From positions 1-64,000 of the forward strand of contig NW_020845755.1 in assembly GCF_003704095.1 (NCBI RefSeq): a stretch of DNA of 64,000 nucleotides. The letters are read 5' to 3'. The stretch's first letter is position 1. Every line of letters starts with the position of its first letter. Of the stretch, positions 39,101-51,100 are shown piece by piece. The position numbers were made by a program, and so were the translations under genes. The DNA is from Pocillopora damicornis. Its lineage: Eukaryota. Under the pieces are notes generated by a model, which was not told the DNA's origin, did no database searches, and worked only from the letters and a program-made list of their open reading frames with translations.

Positions 39101-42100
39101 TGCTGAGTCCCAACGGCCCATTTTATTATTCTCCACCTGTATTGAGCGGTCAGAAAAACTAAGAATAATCCATGTGTCTCCCCCACAATCGAAGTTAGAA
39201 AAATTGTTCGAGCGAGTTTCAATTATAGCATCAAGTGGGATTGCTTAAAGCCACATATGTCGTCGAGATGGGCGAGTGTGCGTAACAATTGAATTCCAAT
39301 CTTGAGCCAATTTTCACCCGATGTTTTCCGGTGCTATCTATTGTATGTATTTGTGTACTTTAGAAAGTCGAAATTCGCACTCGCTACACAGTTGAGTTCT
39401 TTCCTTTTGTGATTTATGGCTTATAGACACTAGCATATTATGTTTTTAGTTCTTGCCGTGACACTACGGAAACAGCAGAAGACGATAAAGATCTCACAAT
39501 TATTTTCAGGATTGTGCACGTGCTGCTTAGAGGCAGAGAAAGGCCGCAGACTGCCATATGCTGCTTAGAAGGAATAGGGAAATGAAATTGTCTAGCGACT
39601 GGTTTGGATGCGTCTTTATCATCTTTCTTTAGGTTACGAAGCTGTTCTCGGAATCGGTTGCTTGGTCGTTTTCCTGTTTCGCCTATGTACATCTTTTTGC
39701 ACTGAGTACAAGTTACGCAATAAATAACATTGGTGGAAGTACAGGTTAAAACAATGATCACTGATCTTAACAGATTGCTTGGGTCCTGACCCAATATTTT
39801 CTGAACGTTTCGAATGAAAGGACGGAAAAGGTTTTTATGTTTTTGTTGTATTTGAATGAAATTAGCAGAGGTTAAATTGATTTAAAATTACTCCGAAACT
39901 GGTATAATATATTACATATTATACCAGTTTCGGAGTAATTTTAAAGCAATTTAAAGTTTTTTAAAAAATGATGGATTTTGCTGCTTTATTCGGTGAGAAT
40001 GAAATGCGAGGGTGAGAGTGAAATTCAATGATTTCTCTCTTTCTATGACGTTTGGCAGTGATGGCCATCTTGAACGAGAGAAGCAGAGTAGCCATTCTTT
40101 TGGAAAAACTGGCACATTGCTTCTGACTTTTTAGAAAAATCAGAGTCCTCAGTATATAGGCGACGAAGTCAAAGAAACTGAGAATAAGAAATGAATTCTT
40201 GTCATGTGATGGATGTGAAGATGAACACAACAGTTATCCATAGGAATCATTAGCATTGTAGCACACACTGTTGAATAGGCCGTTGCCTTCGAAAGAAAGT
40301 TTGATGACTAGAAATTGGGAGCGACGGTGAAAAGGAATGGTTTTAATGTCCATAGTGTCCCATTCCTAATGCTTTGGTGGAAGCATTCTAATCAAAAGGT
40401 ATCGCCACATCTATGAGGGTAAAATCCTCGATTCTTTTGCGTTTGATAACAGTGCGTAGACGATTTGCTGTTATTTCTCTGTCTCTCTGGATCGTAATCG
40501 TACCACTTATTAGCAGTGTCTACATCAAAAAGAGTACCAACTATTTGAAAATTGTATTCAACCGTCATTAAAACTAGGCTATGACGCCCCATTCTGAAAT
40601 ACCTCAGAGGCGTTGCCCTTACACTCATCAACTAGTAAAAGCCACAACGTGCGATTCACAAAGAACTGCTGCTTTGGTTATCACTAATTCATTTCTGGAC
40701 CCAAGAATGCCTATTTTTTTTCATCTCTGAATTGTACAAACAAATCACCAACAGAGAAAAAAGCGAGAAACTACTAGATCGTAAGTTAGCGACCCATTTA
40801 GTAGATTTGCAGTAAATTTTTGAACGGTTAGGTAGCTTTTTGAAATCTCAAAACATGGTATGTTTCGCAACTTAATGTACACTTAATAAATGCCTGAGAT
40901 GAACTGCACGATGATATTTTGATGATATTGAACTTGTTCTTAGTAATCAGCATAGGAACTGAGTTAAAGATTTCCTCCAGCGAGCGTTAACTTCTTCAAC
41001 TGAATACAACTAGCAGCAGGTAGATGGGCAAGATATAAATGATGTTGAAAGATGTTTGCAATGGTCGGCAGCCGGGTGGCGACGCAGATGACGTGATAGT
41101 ACTCAAAGTGCTTCAACTTTTATTAAGTCTATCAAATTGAATATGGTTAATTGATTACTCAATGTTACCAACCTTTCTGGTGTGTTGGTTATCAAACTTG
41201 ACATGTTTGTCAAGTAATCCAAAGCAAAAATGGCGAGCTCTTCGTCTTGCTCTATTTCGTAGCTGGTGTCTTGAAACATTGCTTTTATGTAAAACAACCA
41301 GTCAATCTACGAGTATAGAAATAGCGGATTACACACGTGTAAGTATATATTTTTCAGTAACTTGTATTGTACCAATTTGTATCGATGTTGTATGCTTTTA
41401 ACTTTAAAGACAAATCGCTCTAAATTATTGGTATTCTTCATGAGAACTCTCCAAAACCACTTTAACTGAGTATTCATTGTTTTAAACACAAAACTCAGAA
41501 AGAAATTCCTTCTGAAGATTATTTACTTAACTTTTATTTAAGATAGTTTTACCCTTGAGAATTGACCAAATGCAAAGAAATTGTGATGAGAAATGGTATT
41601 AAATGGGTAGGCAGATCCTGTTTATAGCTACTGAGCCTAGTGAAATAACCCCTGCAAGGGAACTATTCAAATTTATTCTGAGAGTGAAACTGCTGCTCAA
41701 GGAAAATGCTTTTCGGTTCTGAAGACTTTCTTTTGCACTAGTAAATTGTGCACAACACGACTCCCGTTATTACAGACTCTCGCTATTAAGGAAATGCAGA
41801 CACTTTCATGCCCCCTCCCCCAGCTCGAAATTTCATTTGTTTTTTCTCTCGCTATAACAGACACTTAAGTACTCGTCCAAAATCCTGACTCACATAATAT
41901 GAAGCAACATTATGATAAAGGAAACTAGTGACACCATTCTTCAATTGGATGCGAACTTGAAAATTTCCTGCTTGCGACCGGATCTGTTTGTGGCCACGGT
42001 ATAAAATTTATGTTTACGTAGTTACATTTTATTTCTTATGCATTAAGACGAAATGATTTTTTTCTCTCGTTTCCTGCTATTACGGAATCTCACTATTACG

Positions 42101-45100
42101 GACACTAAATCTTCCCCCGAGGGTGTTCGGAATAACGGAAGTGGACTGTAGTAGTGGTGATGGTGGTGGTGATGATAGCAGTGGCACAACAAAAGAGTAA
42201 TTTTCAATTGAGTGTCGAAGTTGATCTTGGATTGCTTAATTTCTGCTTTACTTCGCTCTGTGATTGGTCAAGAAAACTCACACTTCCCTATCAATACATC
42301 AAATAAAAAACTAAAAACCAATTCCAGCTCGATCATTCGCGTTTCCCCGCGCTCTAAGCAGGTTATTTATTTTCCTTTGAGTTTTCATTGATTAATGATA
42401 ATGTTGAACTTTGTTCTGATAAGTTTTTGTGGTTACCTTTCTTTGGTTCATCAACACTCCATAAAAAATTGCTTTATAAGTTTATCTTAGGTCGGGTACA
42501 TTAGGCTTTAGGCTGGTTAGGCCAGTGAAAAAAACAAAAGAATATGCCGAGAAGATAAACTACGACAAGAATACAAGGTATTTGATCGATTACATGGTAT
42601 CGAATAACTAAGGTTATCCATCAAATTAAAACAATGTAACCAAGCCATTCGCCGTAATTTTCAGCGATGCTAATCCTCACCGGTTTTTCTGTTTTGTTTT
42701 GAAGTTCTTTCAAAGTCATTAACTTGTATACCTTACTTCTGTCAGCTCTCTCGTTAGCAGTTGCGGATAGCTTGAGCAAAGAAAAAATTAAAAATGGCCG
42801 TTACTCTCTCTATAATAATGTATCCTCATTTGTCACGATGATTAGTTTTCGATGGAACTACCTTTAAAATTTCAAAATAAAATTCCTAACTGATTTTTGA
42901 TCAGTTAATTGGAGAAATTTATTTCTTACCTTAGAAAGGTCCTGTTCAAATTCAAACACTTCTTTAAGCTGGTGCTCGGCCCACTTAGTCTCTCCACCGA
43001 TCAGGTTGATCAACTCAGACATAAGCTGCTGGTAGGCTTTTCTTACCTACAGCCAACAAAACAAAATGTATGGAGTTTTACATAATAGGAAGGTCACAAC
43101 AGTTTCCTTCGTTGTTCAAGAAAAGGCTAAGATTAACATTTTATCAAGCAAAACATGAAAATTATGCCAAAAGTTTTATTTAATAGGTTGGCCTACGTAC
43201 TTATTAATAAGTTTGTAGATAACCATCAAAACCACAGTGTTCCTGTAAATCCTCAAGACAATGCGAAAAGATTACAGGACAGTGTCAGAAAGTTGGCAGA
43301 CCTTTTTTTACAATTTTTTAATCATTTAGCAGCCATAATCCATAACCCGAAAATATTCCGGCAAACGACCTCGGATTAAGAATGTTGAAGGCTTTGCCGT
43401 TTATTTATCAACTTGATCGGGTGGCGCGAAGAACGAGTGACGTGTCAGCAGCTGATTGGCGATATCAATCACTCGTGAAAAAATATCATAGTTTTCACGT
43501 TGTTACGGCTTTTCTCGGGGCTGGAAATCCTTGTATAACACCGCAGTGTATATGATAAAATAAATAATCATATGGCTTCGGCTTGTGGCCGATATAACGT
43601 GCGCTGATTGGCTACGACAAAGAGCAGAGCCGTGCATTGTAAGCGGTAATGCCCACGGGCCGCTTACGGATTATGTAAATTACGAGGAGCACAACAGATC
43701 ACACAAGTACCGCGGTGGTTCTCCTCTTTTTTAATTTTGTCACAGCTAGTTTAGTAGTTATCATTAATAATTTACCACTCCATAACACCAGCAAGTTTAA
43801 ATCAGCTTCCAGTAACATCAGATGTAAACAGTCGAGCGGTTCCTGTTGGCAGTAGTATTGCTCATTACATGGAGTTGTTTTTATATGTTCAAAAAGCTTG
43901 TAAACGTCATCCGTAAATCTCTTAGAAGGCGGAGATATGAAGTCGAAAGCGAAGACTAAAATATTTTAAATAATGCATTCCGATGATTTGTATCTTTTTG
44001 CCAAGAGGCCGTACGTGTTTGTTTGGACTAATTTGGACTACAATTTCGAAGCACTTTTCTGTCTTTCCTGTATGCATTCTAGTTGACGTTTGCCTTGAAA
44101 GTCAGGCAAAAATTTATTTGTGACACCTCTATATAGAAGATCATCTTTTCCGAAAATAAATGTGTTCCTGCCAGAATACGTGATACACCGGTGTAGTTCA
44201 CTGATTACGTAGTTTAACCGAGGGTTTGAGTCGATGAATGATTGTATAAACGTGCGCATCGCCGGATGTAAATTGACGACTTCCGCTTGAATAAGTTTTT
44301 CGTTTCTTCTTCTTCATAAGCCATATTATAAATAACTAAATAACTACGACTGTCGGTCGCTATCGCTCGAACAATACGGCAAGGAAGGCCTCAGTTTGAG
44401 ATTATCCCGTAATGACCTCAATCTCGGTTGTTAAGTGGTTAATAACGAGAGTAATTAAAATCTAAGTAATACCTTTGATTACCCAAACGATTATTGACGT
44501 TATCTACAAGATACAAAACACTAATTTCCTAACAGAAAAGAGAAGTTACAAATAACAATTATCGTAAGACCCGTACTGCTCCGAGCGCTCATGTGCTTTA
44601 CCCTGTGCCTTACCCTGTGCCTAAATTTCGCCGTACTCCTGACAACTTACTTGCTATAGAGACTATTTGCAAGATTGAATTAGGGATCAGATCACTCAAT
44701 CCCGAACAGGCGGGCACTGTCAGAAGAGCTCTCAACGGAATCCTTTCACAAGTAAAACAACCGGAGCCTAACCTCACGAAGAAATGCAGGACGCAGTAAA
44801 ACGCCTAGAGGAAGACCAGTCTATCATAGTTCTACCAGCAGACAAAGGACGTGGTATTATACACCGACACCTATCGGACTAAGATGTTCTCCTTGATCGA
44901 AAACAGACTTATCAGCGCTCGAAAAAAGATCCGACAGACATCTTTGCCATCTTGTCCGTGAGCGCGTAAAAAGCTTCCTACACTGATTTAAACCACCAAC
45001 AGCCTTCCATTCACTTCACTAGGGAAACGGAAGGTAACACCAAATTCACCTTCCTTGACACTGCAGTACAAGAGAACCTGATAGACGTCTATCCACCGGC

Positions 45101-48100
45101 GCACACAGCAAACCGACACACACTGACCAGTACTTAGCAGATCCACCACAGTCCTGCCCTTTGTCAAAGATCTTTCCGAACAACTTCGCCGCTATTTAAA
45201 AGTTGGAGTCTACGTTATGATCACACATATTACTACCGAGACATGTGGTCAACCCGGCTATGCAGGATCAAAACATGTTATACAGGATTCTCTGTGAGTG
45301 CGGGGAATTCTTCATCAGCGATACTGGCAGATCTATACAAGAGAATCAAAGAACACGGCAGGAATGTACGACTCGCGAAGACCAGAATCTACGCCATTTC
45401 AGTACACAATCACAATAACGGATGTCACCCGCTCTAGAACGAGGTAAAGTTCATTGATTGTGATACCCATTTCTAACACGCAGTGTGAAAGAGGCCATCT
45501 ATATGACACTTCACAGTAACAATTTCAACAGGGACAGTGGAATCGAAATCCCAGAAGCGTGGATGCCCACGATCAATAACATATCAGCAGGCAGCGGACC
45601 ACAAAGAAAGACATTAAAAGGAAATCTTCTCTAAAATATAAGCTCAAACTCGTCCAAAATGTTCTAGAATGGCTTAAGATTATCCATGAAAAAGGAAAAA
45701 TAGTTTTTCGGTAAGAAATGGCGTCGTTATTGTCATAGTTGCCGATCTTTACCCTTTCAAATATACATTTTTTAGTGCCTGTTTGATTATGCGGAGGATA
45801 TGAATGCGCCTGTAAGTGAAAAGCAGGTTGTGTAATTCAAGATACACCATGCAAACTATCACAGATGGCCCTGAAAACAACCCCAAAGCGTTTACAAGTT
45901 CGAATTTTCGAGATTTTAGCGTTTTCGGAGGATTGTTAAAAACTACAATATAATATTGAAAAACGATTAAAAAAGCATGAAATCTACAATATAAAAAGCA
46001 ATAACATCGGACTGTAAAAGGATATTGCATAAAAATATAACAGAGATTGTTAATAGTTATACAACCCTATATGCAATTTACAAACTATTTATAAATGTGA
46101 TTTAATAAATAGGCATTAACTTCCCTTAACTAAACTTTGAAATCGCTACAGTTTCTCATATTTGCCGAAAGGGCATTAAGTAACTTGACAGTCTTGAAAG
46201 GTGCCCCTCTCCATTGGTATAATTATTTTAGTATCGTCAGCGTATTGAAATGAACCAATCGAGAAAGGGAGATGATCTTGCAGATCGGAAACGCAGAGGT
46301 TAAATAACATTGGGCCGAGGATCGACCCCTGTGGCACACCAAACCGTACGTTCACTGATTCAGATATACGATCATCGATCTGTACGAAATGTGACCGGTC
46401 ACTCAGTAGCTATTCAACTAGCACAGAGACGGCTTCGAGAAACCAAGCGTTGATAACTTAGTTATAAGAATCTTTTAGTTGACTGTGTCGAACGCTGTAG
46501 AGAAATCGGCCAGCACTATGAGAGCAACCTCACCTTTTTTCATCGCTCTTACCAAATCGTTGCGCATAGCCATTAGCACTGTATTGGTCGAGTGTCCCTT
46601 ACGAAAGCTAGAAATTGTATCGCGGAGTACTGATCCAGATTCACAAAAGGTGGTCATCTGCAGCGCGACAAGTTTCTCAAAGACTTTTGATAATGTGGGG
46701 AGAATTGAAATGGGACGAAAGTGTTCCTCAGACTTCGGTTGATCGACTTTAGGAATTGGACTGATCCTCGCATTTTTCCACGCCTTAGGAAAATAGTACT
46801 TCCTGATACATTTGTTGATAATAGTTGTGAGGGGACCAGCAATGGATTCAGCCACCATTTTAACGAATTGGACAGGGATACCGTCGGGGCCAGTAGACGT
46901 ATCAGATCTTAACAATTTCAGCACGCTCAGGACCTCGCTGTGGGGCACTTCTCGGAGCTTGAAATTAGTAGGGCTATCATCAGGTAGAGATTCAATTTCT
47001 TCTTTAAGACAGGAAGGTAAGTCACAACTAACAGGTAAAGTTCTCCCGGTAGTACAAGCAAAGAATGAGTCTAACCTGTCAGGATCCTGCCGCAAGGGTT
47101 GCTGGTTAGGTTTCAGTATGCGGTGGATAATACGCCACACCTTCGGTTTATTAGAGGATAACGCCTGCCTTGTGAAGGTCTCGCGAGCCCGACGAATAGC
47201 TGCCTTCAACTTGTTTCTGACGTCCCGCTGTAGTAGTGACCGTATTTGGCAGTCCTCTATCCGAAACTCGTAACTCTCTCCCTCCGAAGAGGGGCATGTC
47301 TCTCGATACACTCCTTAAACATGCTGTTTAAGTGTTCAAACTGTTCCTCTGGATTATCAGATGAGTATACGATGTTCAGATACCGATCTACACCCACATT
47401 TATACAGGCAAACGGAGAATCGTGGTCGCTTACAATACTGGTAGCAATGACATCAGTGGCAGAAATGCGCATTGGGAGGTTAGTAATAATATGATTAATC
47501 AGTGTTCCAGAGGTCCTAGTGACTCTAATCGGCTTCATAACAAACATGTCTAAGGTATTACTGTAACGCGTAAGGAAAGAGTCAGGGCGACCGATAACAT
47601 CAAGTTAATATCGCCTGTAAGAACTACCTTGCCATTCCACGTGGATGTGATATGACCAAGCAAGTCCTCGAAACACTCTAGCCCGTCATCAGTAAGTCTG
47701 ACCTGTAAATAACTTCAAGCAACAGTTTACTGTGTTTGTTTCTCCTTAGTAGCTCCAGCCATAAGTGCTCCAGGTCTGGTTGAGTTTTTTCAATGTCAAA
47801 GTTTTTTCAGTGTTATGTGGTAAATGTCAGGAATGACGCGGCTTGACATGGTCAGAAACAGTTATTAAGTAAGAAAGCCATTCAATCTGAAAGTGGTGCT
47901 TTTTTCTACCGTTGCCGGTTAAAGTTCAGGCTGTTGGAGGGCTGACAGTTAACCGATGGAGGCCTTCTTGATGATTTTTTTCGGATGTATTTTAGATTTC
48001 TGATAGTTCTCAGAAGAATACAACTTAGTCGGAAATATTTCCGAAAAGTCCAGCCGCAATAAAAAGTAGGTGCTTTTAAAATAGTATAGGTATTTGGACG

Positions 48101-51100
48101 TGATGAGACAGATACGTTGTACATCATATCTATCAGGGATCGTTATCACTTACTTGGTAATGGTAGGAAGTATTAGCGAGGTATGCATCTCTTGTAATGG
48201 TATGAGTCGTTTGATCTATCTGAAAAAGATAAAAGAATAGGTTACCGGTGGGAAAACTGCAATATGAGTTGAGCATTTAAGTATGGATTTAAACATTTAA
48301 GTTTTCTTTAGACAAAAATTAGTTTCCGCAGAGGGAGTATTTTTGTAAGTTGACTGCTCCTCTTTAACACGCTGCCAAATTCCTGAGGCTTATCATGGAT
48401 TAGCAAGGGGTAGTTGTTGATATAAAGAGTCCGTCAACAAAACGGATTAAAGAAAATTTTGATTTAGTCAGGAGAAACTCTCTTATGAACTATTATCGAG
48501 AATGTGTCGTAAAAGCTGAAATAGAGAAATTTAGATTTGGTCAGGAGGAACTCCGTAGCAAACTGTTTTCGAAGATCTGTAGTAACACGAACACAATAAA
48601 AAAAGATATCGGCAACAAAGTGAAACGACTAGTTGTCAAGTTAATAAATTTTTCAAATGTATGACTGAGAGTCATTTCACCAAGGGAAGGTAAGACCTTT
48701 TTTGGACAACGAAGGGAATAGAATTTCCGAGTTCCGAGATAGAAAAATTGTGTGGTTCGATTTGCACTTTCAGCGCTCGATTAACTTTGGCACGTAATTC
48801 ACGATAAATGCATGCTACGCCTCAGTCCTTTTGTCATCCAAGATATTAGCTTTTCAGAATCATGTGAACACGAGTCGTGACCTTGCGGGTGTTAATCAAG
48901 TGAAGGTGTAATGCGCTGCTATGAATGAGATAGGATGCTATGTCTTTTTTCTTGCAATTTCTTTAATTGCAGTTCACCTGCCGGGATCATAACTTCATTT
49001 AATTTCATAATTTCAGTTGTGGTAACGGATGTTGATGTTGACAAAAATTATCCACCATAATAAGACCTATAACTACTTCAAATACAACCGAGTTTGATGG
49101 ATTTCAAATCATTCGAAAATAAACTTCAATACCATTATGACGTAGCGCGAGGATTCCACCAGATCTGGTTTTACTTGAAGTGTAAACAGTGGCGAGAGTT
49201 TGAGCTCTTTGTGAATACGAACCAAAGTCTCGGCAAAATTCCAGGAGTCGGAAGTCCAAGTTTTGTTGGTGATATTCCATGATCCATACCTCGCAATTAA
49301 TTCAAGAAGAGGTGACCCTTTCGCATGTTCAATGGCGTCCTGGTCAGTGCAGGAATCGTAATATAGGAAGGCCTTCTGAACAGCATCATTCTAATCAAAG
49401 AGGAACTAATGAGGCTACGTCCTATAAATATTATCGATAGTAGGGGAAAGGGATGATTTACCCCTTAATCTTGCCTTCAATGCGATCTATGCAATCTGGA
49501 AACTAATATAAAACTGGCAATAAAGTTATAAAATGAGTCACTCACCACGATATATCTCTTTCTGACTGTTTTGTCATCGAGAAGCCTCTTCAAAAGTTGG
49601 TCATTTCTTTTCTTGAGAGCAAGCACTTGATTCCAGAGTGGTTCATTAGGTGGAATAGGGTTGCTCTTGATCCAGCCGCCACATGCGTGAAGGAAAAAGT
49701 CTTCGCACGGATCTACATTCTGGTCGACTGTACGCAGAATATCTTTTAAAGAATCAAGAGAATCAAACAAGGTAAACAGTTGTTCTGAGTCTAAAACCAT
49801 ATGCGTAAGCCTGACCATAGTGGCTCATAATATAGATTACTCTAATGGGATGACTCCACAAAGAAAAACCGCACAGATGTGCATCGACTGATTCGCCTTT
49901 GATAATTGATCAAAAATGAATACAATTGTTTTAATCAACAGATTTGCGATGAATATCGGTAGAAAAGCTGTAGCAACGTTCACGTCAAGGACCTACGAGA
50001 GGAACGTTTCTTCACTTTTGAAATCGTCGTGTTTGGATAAAATGAATTCTGCTACAGTTTCCCAGCGAACCATTATTGTTAGCGAAAGCTATCGAGTAAT
50101 GTTTGTCTTCATTGTCACATTGCCGCTCCACCCGTTGCTTGGTGAGTTGGGGAAAATATAACACAGATGAATAAAATTTAGAACTTTGAACTGAAAAGGG
50201 GCTAAGGATTACTTCAGTTACAATCAATTTATCAAAAAAACCTTTCCGATTTATTGGACATTTGCATCACTGGTAATTAGCCTAGATGAGAATATTCAAG
50301 GTCTTAACTATCCAAAGTTAACTCTGCTGCTACTACAAATAGGAAGGAGATGAAAACATAGTCTGATGTAAATATAACTATAACGCTTGAATGAAAGGTA
50401 GAGAGAACTCATGAAAATGTTAAAATCATTGTAAGTCATCAACGCATCACTGTCAAGCAATGATAGTACAGCCCTTTATGGGAGAAGCATGGAGTTTGAG
50501 TACTAAGTAGGTTTAAAACATGGCAACTTTTTGTAGCCACTTGCTGGTATCCAGCAGGATTGTTCCAGGTTTTTGAACGCTCATCTTGACTTATATAGCA
50601 ACACGCAAACACACATCGCAAGAGTTCTTCAGATACTCTTTTACATATCTTCATGTGGCGTATCCCCAACAGAAAAAGAAGAGTTTTAATATTACTTTTT
50701 GTAAAACATACTATATTTAATTAAATTTAACGATCATAGCAAAAATTAACTTGGTACTTTATCCACAGGACACAAATTGCGACAAAAACAAATCCGGAAA
50801 TTCACTGGTTAGCGTAGTGTCGAATTTGGCAATTTCCCAATCCTTCTTTGTATAAATTACTTTGAACAAAAGTTAACAGCTACATCTTTGGAAGCATTTT
50901 CCGACCCATTTGTTAGAAAGATTTTTAAAGTGAATTTAGCAGGTTTCATCTCACAAGAAAGCAAACCAATGGTAAAGACTCTCTAGCCTAAGAAATCTGC
51001 GAAGTGTAACTATGGTGGCTGGCTAGTCAACCTTAAGTAAGCCATTTTCTTTCTGTTGGGAAATATCTAATCTTTTTTTTTTTTTCGCGCCGTTCATTAG

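Noticed and set aside
45615-46128. Possible TTAA-flanked Kolobok MITE
   Set aside because: Terminal inverted match is too weak.
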